A stretch of 64,000 bases of DNA from Patellaria atrata CBS 101060 (lineage: Eukaryota), in contig MU006107.1 in assembly GCA_010093705.1 (NCBI GenBank), forward strand, positions 418,031-482,030, given 5' to 3'. Both the position numbers and the translations under genes were made by a program. The first letter of the stretch is position 1. Each line of letters starts with the position of its first letter. The notes under the pieces were generated by a model. The model saw only the letters and a program-made list of their open reading frames with translations, made no database searches and was not told where the DNA came from. This document shows positions 46,363 through 60,087 of this stretch, one piece after another.

Positions 46363-46938
46363 TTTGGTAATTAGAGATGTTAGGTTATTCTAGGGATAGA
46401 GGTTCAGTTGACAGCAGAAGCATATCGAAATTTCTTCAACCCCCTTTTTCCTTGTTCCAGTAACTGATTTTCCAGTGGACGAGCTATCCTTGATTCTGTT
46501 GTATGTGGGTAGATAGGTACATACTTAAATCGGGTAGAAGTTGAAGTCGAGCGCGTCCCTTTAGGTTGTCGTCGCCACAGATGCGCGAGATCAGAAGACT
46601 TCTGACCAAACCCGATAAGTATATAAGCTAACCTATGAAAGGCCCAGTTGTTCACGTGATATGATTAAGCAAATGAGTTCTAATCGTCTATTAGTTCTAG
46701 TGCGCCAAGTGGCGGGGCGGCGGAATCGTCCGCGGGATGAGGTAACCAAACCCAGTCACCACTTCCGTTTTGATGAAGCATTTCGTCAAATTTCATTTTT
46801 TATGTCCTTTTCTTCTGATATTCATTACCTGTTACTTCTACATTCTTCAATTTTTCCAAACCCTTTTCTATTCTTTTTACTTCACTTTAAAATCCAAGAG
46901 CTTTTCCACTCCACTACTGCAGGACGCCCTCCGCAATT

Positions 46939-49900
46939 ATGAGTAGACGGACACCGAAGGCACAAGCAAGTAGCAGTCGCGCTGTTTCTGTGGGCTTTAG
47001 CATGTCGACGTTTGGATTTTCCTCAGCATCTAGGTCAACCTTTGGCTCTGTCTCCTCCCCTTTGGCGTATGTCTCTGAACCGCCGGATTTATCGGCTATC
47101 TCGGACCCGAAAACAATAGTAGCTTTCAAATCTCTCTCCAAAAAGGACAGTACTACGAAGGCCAAGGCATTGGATGATTTACAATCATACACCTCAGCTG
47201 GAGAGATAGAAGACGCGGTCTTGGATGCATGGGTACGTCAGTGTGCACTGGAGTATGTAGATGTTTTGTAACGAATGAGCCGGTGCTAGATCACTATATA
47301 TCCTCGTACCTCTATAGACTCTTTGCGTAGAGTGCGCCAATCCGCACATTTGTTACATGGCCAAATTTCAGCCTCGAGTGGGAAGAGGCTCGCGAAATAT
47401 ATGCCCACTCTAGCCGGTCCGTGGCTTGCTAGCACTTACGACAATGACAAAGGAGTATCAAAAAGCGCCCTGGAATCCTTCAATCGTGTCTTTTCGACAC
47501 CGGAGAAGGTTAATCAAGTACGGAAAGCTTATCAGAAATCTATAATAGAATACTGTAAAGATGTTATTGATAAAGAGACTCCTCATACTCTTAGCGATGA
47601 GCGGAGTGTTAGCCCTGACGAAGCAGAGGCCAAATATAGTCGTGTAATCGCATCAACGGTATTACTAGTAGCAAGTATGCTCTCAGAATTAATGCCTGAG
47701 GAGACATTAAAGCATCAAGCGTCTTATAGCAACATCCTGGGAGATGCTAAGCTTTGGGGGTTTGCAACTTATCAAGATCCATTTGTTAGGCGTTCCGTGC
47801 ATAGACTCCTCCACGTTTGTATTGAGCGTCAAAACGGTACGTTGTTTAATTCTCATGCGCATTCTACCTCTTCAATACCTGACATAATCAACTATTATCA
47901 CGCGGTGGACCTATAGCTGCTTACACTGAACAGATGCCTTACGCGAAAATCTCAAGTTGATCAGTACAAGTTTCTTATCGAAAGCTCTCAATTCCGATCA
48001 GACTGGATCGGAACCACAATACATCGAAGTGTTAATCGCTCTCACCGAAGTCTTTCCATCGGTTTGGACAGAAAGTTACACTGGGAAAAAGTCAGCAACG
48101 CAGCGCCTCCATCAATTCCTAGAACGTGGCTCTCAAGGAGGTCCTCCACGCTTTTGGGCGCATGTGTCTTCTCTGATAAAGAGCTTACCAAGATCCGTAT
48201 TACCGTTTGATGAGATCCACGCAGACGAGCTTGCAGATGCTATCCGCACCGGGATCCAATGCAAGGATGAACCTCGATTCAATTTCATATCTGCTTTCAC
48301 CGCGTATGTGGAGGTTCTGGCATATATCTCCGCCAGTCTCCCAGAAGCAAATCAGGTATCCCTAGCCCAGAAGAGGGTATTACCATTAGTAAGTGAGTAC
48401 ATTAGACCGCTTCCAGAACCCTCACAGTGGAAGATGCCTGAGCCGCAGGCGGTCCCTCTCATAACTTATGCTATGAGTTCTTGCATGCCATCATCATTAA
48501 TGCGGACCGAATGGACCCGAATCTCCAAAATTCTCATTCAGGATATAAGCACATCTTTACCCGAACAGGCAAGGGATTTCGAGCAATCTCAATCTATAGT
48601 TTGTGAGCAAGGTCGACGATATGCCACCGTGCAAAAGGACCTGTTCGCGAAGCATACTGGTTCTGAAATGCAAAGCTTCTTTATGCAGACTTGCTTCAAT
48701 GTAATCAAAGGTTCCTTGGATGGATTAAACTCAAGATCAGGTAAGCCATTCGGGGCAGCTGGTGTTATACTTGCTTTACTCCAGCACTGCTCTCAGTCCC
48801 TTTTCAGTGATGACATTATAACCCGTACTCTCGCGACATTCCTAAAAGAAGACCTGGCGCAGATTTTCATGAGTCCATCGTGCTCCAGACTAGCCGATAT
48901 TTTGTACTGCTGTAGCGAGCAAACTTTCTTTGAAACAGCTTTCTCCGCTGTCCTAAACATTCTTCTTAAAAGTCCACACTCTGAGTCTCAAATGAACGCG
49001 TTCAGAGCACTACTCACTTCGGAGAAGTTCCCCCAAAAGTCCACAATTGCGACCTCTAACAGTAAGCTCCAAAGACTTATTGTCAGTCGTCTTAACCTTT
49101 GCTTAAACGGTGCCAGCGACTGGAATTTCCTTAGTTCCGTCTTCTCACATTCGTCGAACATAATGGCCGCTTCGACGGAGGAGGAAGTCTTGATGACTAT
49201 GACACAGTCTCTTACAATCGAGGATAATGTGCCACGTGCTCTCAATGGGTTTTCAATAATTTCAAGAGTGAATCCTCATATGCTTCGTCGATATAGCTTG
49301 ACTCCTGAAGGGGTCAAGTTCCTTCAGTACCTACTGTTTCTCACAGAGTCGTCTGATGATAACTTATCACACATAGCATCAGAACTGAATACATCACTCC
49401 ACTCCAGGGGTTTTCTAGACACAGACAACATCGAAACTAAGCAGTCGATGATAGATCTCATTCGAAACGGATTACACGAAACATCCCACACGTCAATCTC
49501 CGTCGACACACTTCTAGACCTGACATTCAGAATACTGCAAGGCTCTGATGAGGAGAAGATTATAATGATCTCCAAGATCATTCCAGAACCTGCCGCTTGG
49601 AATGGGATTATAGAACCATTCTTGAATTTCGCACCTGGGTTGTCATTGGCTATCACAACCCAACTGGCTGGAGCGCTGTATCTCGTCCAGGAAACCAATG
49701 ATAGCAGCTCCCTGTTAACTGGCCCAAAGATAAATAGAGACGCAAACGGCTATTCTGGTGCATTAAGAACTGCTATATACGTAGTAAGACTACTCACCAA
49801 GGTTGATCTCTTTGTGAAATTGTCTGTGCAACAGCGTTCCTTAATCTATGAGAAACTTTCACTTTCGTATCAACTGGCAAGCGACAATCTTATGATATCT

Positions 49901-52052
49901 GGATCTAATAGGCTCTGGTATATCGATACGCCTGAATCTGAAGTTGATATTCTCGAATTCATATCGGAGACCTCAAGACTGACCCATTCCTGGCTGCAGA
50001 GTTCGAGTGACTGGTGGACCGGGGATGGTCAAGATTCGGAGTATGCATTCATCGATTTCGTCCACGATTGCTTCTTAGATGCATCATCAAATACTACACC
50101 TTCATCATTTTATAATGCAAGAGCGTACGCCACGGCTATCGCAGAACTCATTGAGATCCATGGCTGCCAGCAAAGTAAAGCAACAGAGGTCGAAGAACAG
50201 CTGAGAGCGGCCCGAAGAAGTACAAACGCAATTTCCACTGCAGCATTTCTATCAGCATATCATGTCCCCTGTGCGAAATCAAAGACAGCCGCAAGGTTCT
50301 GCGGAGAGCTGGTTGCTGACCTGACCAGTCCAGATGCAATGAAGCCACATGCCCAGGGACTTGAGAAACTCGTTTTATTGAACTGCTTGATTCAATCGGA
50401 GAGTGACCTACGAACAACGATTGCAAAGCAACGAATAATCTTTCTTATCAAGAATTTGGCATTACGGTTGAAGGAACAGTCCGTCCCGGATCCAATGAAA
50501 GCTGAAATCTGCAGAGCGTTTGCAGTTTTGTTACCTCTCGTGAGAGATGTGTACGGGTCTCATTGGACCGATCTCTTTGATTTTTTAACACAAACATGGC
50601 TGAAAATACCAGCGATCGATAGCCCAGGCACAAGAGTCACCGAAAGCTGCATCCCTTTATTACATTACTCACTTAAATTATTTAGTGTTCTTCGCTCATT
50701 AAAAGATAGCGACGATGCTAATGATGATCTGGCTGACGTCTGGAAAGAATATGAAGACAGTGCAACAAAAGGACTATTGCACTGTCTAACCCAGTCTCAG
50801 CATATTGAGGATGAGTCTCATCAACCGATGAAGATCACAAACGAACTGCTGGCACGCCAAATCTCCCATCTACCAAGTAATAACCTACCCAGTTCGAAAG
50901 ACTTATTCCCTCTTCTTTATGTCAATTCTCAGCCATTACAAATGACTGCCTACAATGCATTGCACAAAACAATACCCGCGGCGCAAGAACAGATATCCTT
51001 CGATGCTGCACTTGATAATCGATCCGCTAAACTTCCCGAGGAGTTGCTTTCACTGATACTGAACGCTCCTACGATGGCTTCCCTTGATACGATAGATCTT
51101 GAGCGGAACGTACCTCTACCCCTTAGGGGATACCTTCTTAGCTGGCTTCTCGTCTTCGACCATTTTCAGTATTCTGTAAGGTCTCTTAAAGCGTTCTTTC
51201 TATTGGTACTAACTCAGTTATTAGTCCTTCAAGGTGAAATCTGATTATTTCTCGGTAATCAAGGAAGGCGATTACCTACAGCAACTCCTTGATTTCATCT
51301 TTGATTTCCTAGGCCACTCTCGAGGTCGGCCTATTGACGTGTCGAAGTTCAATATATCCTCCTATTCTCCTTCTGAAAGCGCTGCCGAGAACTGCGAAAA
51401 GGACATTCAGCACTTTCTAACGCACCTCTACTATCTGTGTCTTAGTCACCTTCCCTCGTTAGTGAAAGGGTGGTGGATAGAGTGCAAATCACGGGCAACA
51501 GTACTTACCGTCGAATCGTGGACCGAGAAGTATATATCGCCTCTTGTTATCACGACTACTTTATCAAGCGTTAGTGAATGGGCAACCCACCAAGATACCA
51601 CCGTAGATGATGGGACTCTCAATGTCAGAATTTCATACCGCGCTCGTGAAATCACGGCATCTTACGAGGTTGACGAGCAGAACATGCAAATCCTCATTGC
51701 ACTACCTTCCACATACCCGCTCCACACGGCAGCAGTTCGGGGCATCAACCGCGTTGCCGTTGATGAGCGCAAATGGCAGGCTTGGCTCAACAACGTGGCT
51801 GGGGTGATTGCGTTTTCGAATGGAAATGTTGTTGATGGGCTTGTAGCTTGGAGGCGGAATGTGACGGGTGCATTGAAGGGTCAGTCAGAGTGCGCGATCT
51901 GCTATTCGATTATCAGTGCCGAAAAGACGCTTCCAGGAAAAAGATGCGGAACGTGTAAAAATCTGTTTCACGCGAGTTGTTTGCTCAAGTGGTTCAAGAC
52001 TAGCAATGCAAGTTCTTGTCCGCTGTGTAGAAACCCTTTCAACTACGGCTAG
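46939..52052 (+). CDS. rkr1: E3 ubiquitin ligase listerin (Ltn1/Rkr1), 4 exons
   Basis: N-terminal KSLSKKDSTTKAKAL...W|..YPRTSIDSLRRVRQ, long helical middle, RWD-like ASYEVDEQ...PSTYPL, C-terminal RING ECAICYS...CGTCKNLFHASCLLKWF...SCPLCRNPF. Confidence 0.93.
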
Positions 52053-52246
52053 AATGTATCAAAGATGGGAGATGATAGTGAGAGACAGGGGGGAGGTAGA
52101 TATAAATCATTGTTCTTAAACTTATTCGCGTTTCCTTGCTGTAAATGCTCCATCAGACGTTCCTTTCCGAAGTGCCAGCGCACGCAACCGATAACCTTAT
52201 ATGATAACAAGCTCGATACTATATATACAAAATGGTATGTTAAACA

Positions 52247-55200
52247 TTATACACTTCTAACCGGCATCAAAATATCAAAGCTGCCAGTACCAACGCCGCT
52301 TAACTTCCCTGCAACAATTCTCGCGCTCGGATTCCTCAGATCGTCCCAATCCTCTTCAAGCACTGCGTCTTTCAAAAAGCCTACAGTAGTCTCAAAGCTC
52401 ATCTTCATGAACGGTGACACGCTGCTTCTGATTCCCATACGATTAAAAGCCCTATAGCCACCCCCCTTTGTCATGACATCTCCAATGAGATTAAGGTGAC
52501 GATTATCCACATCGATGGAATGGGAGCGGAAGACAGCCTGCATCTCCCTCACAATAGTAGCACGGCACGCTTCAACACCATATAGACGTAGCATAGCGGC
52601 GATATCATTCGTAAAAATCATATGTGGGTTGATGATATCCTGGTAATCACGCATGGCTAGGAGGTTGGTACCCTCAGTGACCACGACGAGTTTCTCTTCA
52701 TTCTGGGAGTTCTTCTCGGTGCTGGCAATGCAACTAGTCAGGCCTGGGATAGCTTGTATTACAGCTTTTCGACAGCATGCCTCGACTAGACTGAGCATAA
52801 GTAGTTTGGCTGTCTCGACGTCGTATTCGAGGGAGATTTCGCACCAGCCGGCAGATCGGTGGTCGAATTTAAACGACTTGAAATCTGCATTCTTTTCAAG
52901 TATGCGGACCTGACACTCAACAGCAGACTCTCTCGCTGAACACTTCTTTCTGGGCCGATCTGGAATCTGGTCTGGTTCAGATTCCGATCCTGACGCGGTA
53001 TCGGCATCAGAAGTTGCTCTAGGACTTCTGCCATAACCCTCATCAACCTCATCATCGGTCTCAGGTGTCGATTCTCGAAAATTGTGGGCCGCAATTGCCT
53101 CTTCCTCTTCATCAGGATTTTCATATGACACGTTTTCTGCACGGTTTGCTCTCTGCTTATTGTCAGTGGCGTCATCATCACCACCGTCACTCTCATCACC
53201 AGCCTCATTCTCTACATCTGGACGCACAGCCTCCTGTTCTATCGTGCCAGCGGAGGCACCAATATCTGGAAGTGCATCCGTCTTTGCCGCTGTCTTTAGG
53301 GTTTTCTCCTCCCCTTTCTTCTTCAACTCTTTTCTTATAAGCCTTTGTAGATCAGGGCAAAACTTCTTTTCCAACGTGCGCATGACATCCGTAACTACTA
53401 TTCCGTACTCGTTACAATACTCTTCTGCGGGGAAGAAATCGAGCCGGATTTTGTATATCTTAGCTAGGGCATACGCTGTACCCCGACCTACAATCTCCGT
53501 TACCGTAACCTTATCAATGATCTCAGCAAGTGAAAGTCTGCTAAGACCTTTAGCAAAACGATCGGCATGTTCTTTCGTAAGCTCTTCATTAAGGAATAGT
53601 GTCATAGAAGGGGTTGAGATGTTAGCGCTGGCGGTCATGACAATCTCTCGTAGACGAGGGATACCGAGTGTGACGTTTTTCGCAGAATGGCCAGCCAAGT
53701 GGAAAGTATTTAATGTCATCTGAGTGGAAGGTTCTCCGACTGACTGTCCCGCGACGACACCAACAGCTTCCCCAGCTTCAACTAGAGATTTGAGATAATT
53801 GACGTATAAAGCTGCTTCGAACGCTTTCCGGCTAAGCTTGCCTTGAGAACTCTTCTTTTTGTCCTTAAACATCCCGTCCTTATTCTCGTCACAGTACTAG
53901 ATAAATGTGAGCGTGATATACACAAGCGAGACAAAGTAATTACCTTTTTAAAAGAAAGATAAAACTCTTCAGAAGTACTACCGGCAAATCTGCTAGGCGT
54001 ATATAGTGCAGTAACTGGGTCCATAGCAGCTAGATCTGCAGTCTTTTTGAACTTCTTGACTGCGGACTTGTTCCATTCTACAGCTTCGTCACACCTTACT
54101 TTGTCAAAATTCTGAACGAGGTCAAGCGACTCTACCAAAGATTTGAAATTTTCGGCCATGAATTTGAAGTTACTCAGATACCTCTGCTTCGTGACATCAA
54201 GGCCATCCTCTCCGTATAGAAATTGGATCATCGAACCGTCAGAATCGCGAACCGAAGTGTCATAGTGAACATTAAGCCCTTCCATTCCTTTGATCAAACA
54301 CCGCTGGAGATAACCGGAACGCGATGTTTTCACAGCCGTATCAATCAAACCTTCTCTTCCGGCCATGGTATGAAAGAAGTATTCTTGCGGCCTTATACCT
54401 GTCAAGAACCGATCGGTGATATAACCACCAGCACGGATACTTGTTTCAAAGGGTCTGAAACATGGTAAAGACTTCCCGCTGACCATAACGGGGACCCTTC
54501 GACCTTCCAAAACTTGCTGCCCCAGATTGCAGGAAATTAGATTAGCATTGACCGGTGACCCCTTAGCACCAGACCCAGTCATAGTTTGCATCTGATTCTT
54601 CGGAAATGCCTTGATGAGTCCGTTAGGGAGACATACTTTCGTGACCGACGAGGATAGAGTAGCAGTTTGTGAGTTCGTAACTGCGTCGAGACCTGAATGC
54701 TTAGTATCGTCCCTTAATACTTCTTCTAGCCTGCGTAGAAGTTCAGGATCGTCTGAAACTGGATTCTCCTTAGTGAGAGACACATATTTTATTCCAACCC
54801 GGAGTCCCAAGTGGTCCGCATCTTGAAGTGTTTGCCGTCTTTTGAACTCCCCTTCACCAGTAAGGATCAAATCTTCTACACCGCAGGAGAATGCACGCAT
54901 GTGAAGCAACTTTGTGAGCAACCGACCAAGAACACTCAGTAGCCTTCCAGCAATGGTATGGCCGTAAGTTTCATAAACAGCATGTATAATACTGTTGTCG
55001 GCGGGACCGATCTGCTTTTTGTCTAAGATACCAGTCATCATTTCCCCATCGGAGAATATGACTATACCCTCCTCGTTGCCATTAACTGTCCATCGGTCGG
55101 CGGCTGTAGACGACTTCGAGGTCAGATTTAAACCCATTTGACCTGCGGGAATAATGTTCTTTAGAACGGTTGACACAACTTGTTTCCCAGTCCAGAGCGG

Positions 55201-57494
55201 TCTTGGTTTATATATTGAGGGCTTGTCCATAATCAGATGTCCACTTGTAGTGTGACCATCTTCTGGCCTGAGTGCGGCATAAAGGAGTTGCTGATAATCC
55301 TCTCGCTCGTAGAATGTATCTCGTGTCGTGAGCCAGACACCCATCGAGATGTGATCCTGAATAAGACCTCGTAAAGGCTCACCGGCAGTAGCAGAGAGGT
55401 ACTGGTGATCCGTATCGGCTATAGTTACTGCCTCCGCTCTTGCAACCTCGTTTTGAGGGAAATGCATATTCATTTCGTCACCGTCAAAATCAGCGTTGTA
55501 TGTTTTACAGTTAGCATAGTGCATGCGAATAGTCTTTTCACCAGGTAACACCTTTGCGCGATGTGCCATCATGGAAGGCTTGTGTAAAGTAGGCTGTCGA
55601 TTCATAATCACTACATCGCCGTTGTTAAGATGTCGATGCACCTTCTTATTACGAGCCCCTGAAACATGATTATCCGAGGGAGCAAGCAGTTGATTTGCCA
55701 GCGCTTGACGCTCTTCTGCGTTCTTTTTGGCTAAAATAATGACCTGGCCATTTTCGTTTTCTATGGCAACTGCGCCAGGCCACCTTTCTGGTCCGTTGAT
55801 AACGGCTTCTTTTAGTTCATAGAAATTGTGATTGGTGACCGGTTCAGCATAAGTCAACTTCTTTGCAAATACTGGAGGAACTCCGATTTCGTTCGTTTCA
55901 ATATTGGGATCAGGCGATATGACACTGCGAGCCGCAAAGTTTACTCTTTTCCCCATCATATGTTTTCGAAAAAGTCCTTCTTTCTTCTCTAGCAATTGCT
56001 TGATCCCGTCTTCATTTTTCTTCCCCGCTGCGCCCTGAACAGGATTTCTGTCTCTGTCGATCAAAGAATTGACGGCATCTTGAAGATGGATCCAAGCGTT
56101 TTGCAAGTCGTCGAACCCGCGTTTTCGAGCGTACTGAGTAGCTGGAGCACTATCCCTGTGAATCTCCTTATGGATCTGGTTCATTGTTTCACAGCACATC
56201 AGGACGTTCTTATAGAGTGAATTCGCCTGCGCCTCAGCGATCTCATCCTCGCCAGTTTTCGCTTCTGGGCGATATTTGTTAGGAGGAACAAGCATGGTCC
56301 GAATAAAGAACATATCAGCAGAAACAAGGCTCAGCTTTTTGGACCTGAAGCTAGGGCGAGACCCATAAACAAGAGCGAAGACCTCCTGATCCCTCTCAAA
56401 TAGAAAGGAAAGTGCTGCGTGCACTTCACCAGCGCTCATAAACTCTTGCTTCGCCTCTTCTTTCTTGAGGTTTGTAGACGTGATATTAGAAGCCTCCATC
56501 GCAATAATGTCCCCTTCCCCCTCAACATCTTGCATCTCCACGTCTTCATCTTCACTCGAGATTAAGGGACTACCCATGTCGGCCACCCCTTCATCAACAC
56601 TGATGCCGTTTTGTTGTTCCTTTTTCTTGGGTGCGTGGTCCCTTAAGTATATTAACATTGGATTCTCAGCTTTGAAGCCTCCTTGGATCATGGCATTCCT
56701 AGCTTTTTCACCCAATGGCTTCCGGAAGATCTTAGCATAACGGTCTTTACGGTAACCAGGAGAGATACCTCTGCAAGTAGCGCATTTCCTAGGCTTCGTA
56801 ATATCTGCCAGAAACTCCTTTATAACTTGCCTGCGCTCCTGCGCGACTGTTTCGATCTTTTCCCCCGACCAATCAGTATGCAGACCTGAATTTCCAGCCT
56901 CCCTTATCGTGCGTTTCACGAACTGATTTCTGCTTTCTATAAGACTGCGCGCGTCTTCTTCTGACTCTGAAACGTTGTCCCCTCCCTTTTCAGCAGTATG
57001 CATCCCCTTCAATTGCATGTCCTCGATCGTCTGAGCTTCGCTTATCAGGCCATGCCGTATCAGTCGCAGTTTGCAAACATAACGATTGACCTCAATCCTT
57101 GACAATTGTAGGCGATGACAGTACACACACTTGGCGCGGAGCAAGCGGAGGCATTGGTCCATAAAGGTAGGGTGGTAGACAACTTGGGGTAGCTCAATAT
57201 GACCACAATGACCTGGACAAGAGAATTTCCCTAGCTTGCATGTCGAACACCTACTCCATGCAATGTGTTAAAGCCGGTTTGTTTTTTTTTGGGTGGGGCG
57301 AATTGTTCTTACGGGTGATCAGCGAAGGAGCCAAGCGCAGAATCGTAGAGCCCTCCCGGTACTGGGTGAAGTAGTGAGTCGAAAGTGGACGGGTTTGTTA
57401 TTCTCTTGACTGACAAAGCTCTGATCTCTTCGGACGGCAGAAAAGAGAATTCAACGGCTGACAGCGCCGACGCAACAGGTTGGGAGATGTTCAT
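52247..57494 (-). CDS. rpa1: RNA polymerase I largest subunit (Rpa1/Rpa190), 3 exons
   Basis: MNISQPV...GGLYD.ALG...CSTC...[41 protein letters not shown], catalytic [37 protein letters not shown]; Pol I-type acidic expander insertion. Confidence 0.97.
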
Positions 57495-57846
57495 GGCTGC
57501 AGTACTTCCGCCAATATTTGTTTAAGCTGGGAAAGTTTACTGCGTGGGCAAACAGCCCCAGGTGTCGGTATAGGTTATGGTTGATTATCAGTTCTATGCG
57601 CATCTTGAATACCAAAAATTGTTTCGTCAGGATCTTTGCCAAGAGCGAGCTATTGCGGAACATTCCGAAGCGGACCACAGTCCCTACCGTACTGTAGTCC
57701 TACGTAGGGTCGACTTCCACTTTCTTCGAAACTCACGTTCACAAACTACACATTCCATCAACCGCCTTGCCTTTAGAATAGGAAACTTATCACTCGGATG
57801 GAAAGCTAGTCGCCAACCCATACTTCGACCCAAGAAACTCCTGAAG

Positions 57847-59427
57847 ATGGTTGAAAAGCGCCCAAATCCCGATGTAACGCAGAATGGGGAGAATAAGAAG
57901 CCTCGCCCAAACGGGGCCGCGCCAGACCCTCAGAAGATCATCGCCGAAGCAAAAGCACGAGCGGAGGCAGCTAAAGCTCGTCTCATGGCTGGAAAAGGCA
58001 GTATCGCATCTTCGACATCAACCCCAACCCCTGTGCAGTCCAGTATGGCGGCGAAACTGGAGGAGATCAAGGCACGCGTTGCTGCAGCTACGAAAGGAAC
58101 TAAACCAGCGCAACCTACAAATATATCCCAACTACATCCAATATTGTTCGGGACTCAGAGCGCTACGTCGATCGCCGGTATAACCTCAGCAAGTATACAA
58201 GCCAGTAAAGGAGTATCGGGGAAACCGTCAGCTAGGGCCAAAGATGTAGTGTCAGGAGAGCTTGAAGAAGAGAAGAAGAACCCATATTTGGATGATTCTG
58301 GGTCGGCACAAGCACCCTCCAGGAAGTCCCGACCGTTAAAATTTCATCAGAAAGGGGTCTTTATAGCGCAAGCAAGTAACCGACGGAGATTCCAGGCAAT
58401 GGACGACATGAAACGGCGGATTGCAGAATCAGCAAAGACCGCAACTCGAGACGATGACAACACCTGTTTCTTAGTTTCAGCTCCGGAGACTGATGTAGAG
58501 TGGTGGGATGCTGGTATTATCGATAGCTACGAACATCTCTTCGACCCTCTTAAGCTCAAAATCGGTACGGACGATTCACCGATCACGATATATATACAAC
58601 ATCCAGTCCAATTGAACCCCGCGCAGGACATCCTCGAATTTAAACAGAAACCACTTCCCCTGACGGCTAAGGAGGCTAAAAAGGTTCGCCGGCAGCGTCG
58701 AATGAATGATCTTAAGGATCAACAGTTTCGCGTCCGACTTGGTTTACTCCCACCAGACCCTCCGAAACTTACAAAATCAAACATGTTCCGCGTATTAGGG
58801 GAAGAAGCAGTTAAAAATCCAACCGCGGTCGAAGCGATGGTAAACAAGCAGGTGGCGGACCGGCTTGAGAGACACGAGACAGCAAATGAGGAGCGGAAGC
58901 TCACAAAGGAACAGCGACACGAAAAGTTACAGATGCAGCAAAAGAAGGATGCTGACAAAGGGCTGGTTGTGTCGGTTTATAGGATTGAGAATCTCAGCAA
59001 TCCGCAACATAGATATAAGGTTGATATCAATGCCAAGCAGCATAATATGACGGGTATCACAATACTACATCCGAGCTTTTGTCTGGTCATCACTGAATGC
59101 GGAGAATATTCGAACAAGCAATACAAACGGTTGATGCTTAACCGTATACGGTGGGAAGAGCAGATGGCGCCGCACGAAGTCAGACAAGGGAACAGAGAAG
59201 CATTAGCCTCGTTCTTGGAAACGACGGACGAGGAAGGCAACCTCAAAGATCTATCATTGAACAAATGTACGCTAGTATTCGAGGGTACGGAGCAAAACCG
59301 GTCGTTCAGGAATTGGAAGTCAAAGGTATGTGAGACCGACAGGGAGGCGAAAGAGACATTGAAGAGAGCAGGTATGGAAAATATGTGGACTCTGGCAAAA
59401 AGTCAAGGCAGTTTGAGCTCAACATGA
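57847..59427 (+). CDS. prp3: U4/U6 snRNP protein Prp3 (intronless)
   Basis: NPYLD, VEWWD, IYIQHPV, KKVRRQRR, RLGLLPPDPPKL, AVKNPTAVEA, HETANEERKLT, YKVDINAKQ, KRLMLNRIRW, CTLVFEG; probable start MVEKRPNPD at 57847. Confidence 0.92.
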   Translation: MVEKRPNPDVTQNGENKKPRPNGAAPDPQKIIAEAKARAEAAKARLMAGKGSIASSTSTPTPVQSSMAAKLEEIKARVAAATKGTKPAQPTNISQLHPILFGTQSATSIAGITSASIQASKGVSGKPSARAKDVVSGELEEEKKNPYLDDSGSAQAPSRKSRPLKFHQKGVFIAQASNRRRFQAMDDMKRRIAESAKTATRDDDNTCFLVSAPETDVEWWDAGIIDSYEHLFDPLKLKIGTDDSPITIYIQHPVQLNPAQDILEFKQKPLPLTAKEAKKVRRQRRMNDLKDQQFRVRLGLLPPDPPKLTKSNMFRVLGEEAVKNPTAVEAMVNKQVADRLERHETANEERKLTKEQRHEKLQMQQKKDADKGLVVSVYRIENLSNPQHRYKVDINAKQHNMTGITILHPSFCLVITECGEYSNKQYKRLMLNRIRWEEQMAPHEVRQGNREALASFLETTDEEGNLKDLSLNKCTLVFEGTEQNRSFRNWKSKVCETDREAKETLKRAGMENMWTLAKSQGSLSST

Positions 59428-60087
59428 GTTATCTCAGACGATAACAGACTTACTGACAGATTAATATGCGACCCATTCGTGTATGAAGGGTCACGATGCT
59501 CCTTTTCTCTCTTTAGGGCGACGTCCTAGATCCGATCTAATAGCCATTAAGCCGTACTTTTAGATGCGGTAGCAAACTGCGGTTCAGGCCGCGAAGGAAA
59601 ACGATGAAAGCGAAGTGTACATTTAACTTAGGGAACAAGGAAGCAGATATATACTGGTATTCTTCTGAGAAGACTTTGGTGTTATTGAACAAATTATAAG
59701 GAGCGAGAAGATGACTAGTCGAAGCACACAGAGAGGAGCTTCTAATAGGAACGGAGGAATTACTCCGTACTTTGTACCTCCGTACTTGTAGATTATCTTC
59801 TGCTGTTCAATTTTCAAGCATGGGTATCATCCAGCACGTGGGCGGTGAGGAGCAGGTGTTGTATTTACAATCTAGTTAAATCTGATTGGTTTATAGTAAC
59901 ATCAATGGCGTCAATATCATGGAACATGCGGAACTGCATGCGAATATTATTCTTCATTGTTCACCCCCATAGTTCGAACTTATCATCCTTTTAAGTCCTA
60001 TATCTCACTACACCTCCCCAGTGGGCCCCTCCAATTACCTAATCTCGTAGAAACTTTGGTGAACAAAATCCACACATTTGGGCCAAA

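Noticed and set aside
57577..57846. 90-codon in-frame extension upstream of prp3
   Set aside because: It spans almost the whole rpa1/prp3 divergent promoter (starts 83 bp from the rpa1 ATG) and has no Prp3-like sequence; ATG 57847 has good context (AAGATGG).
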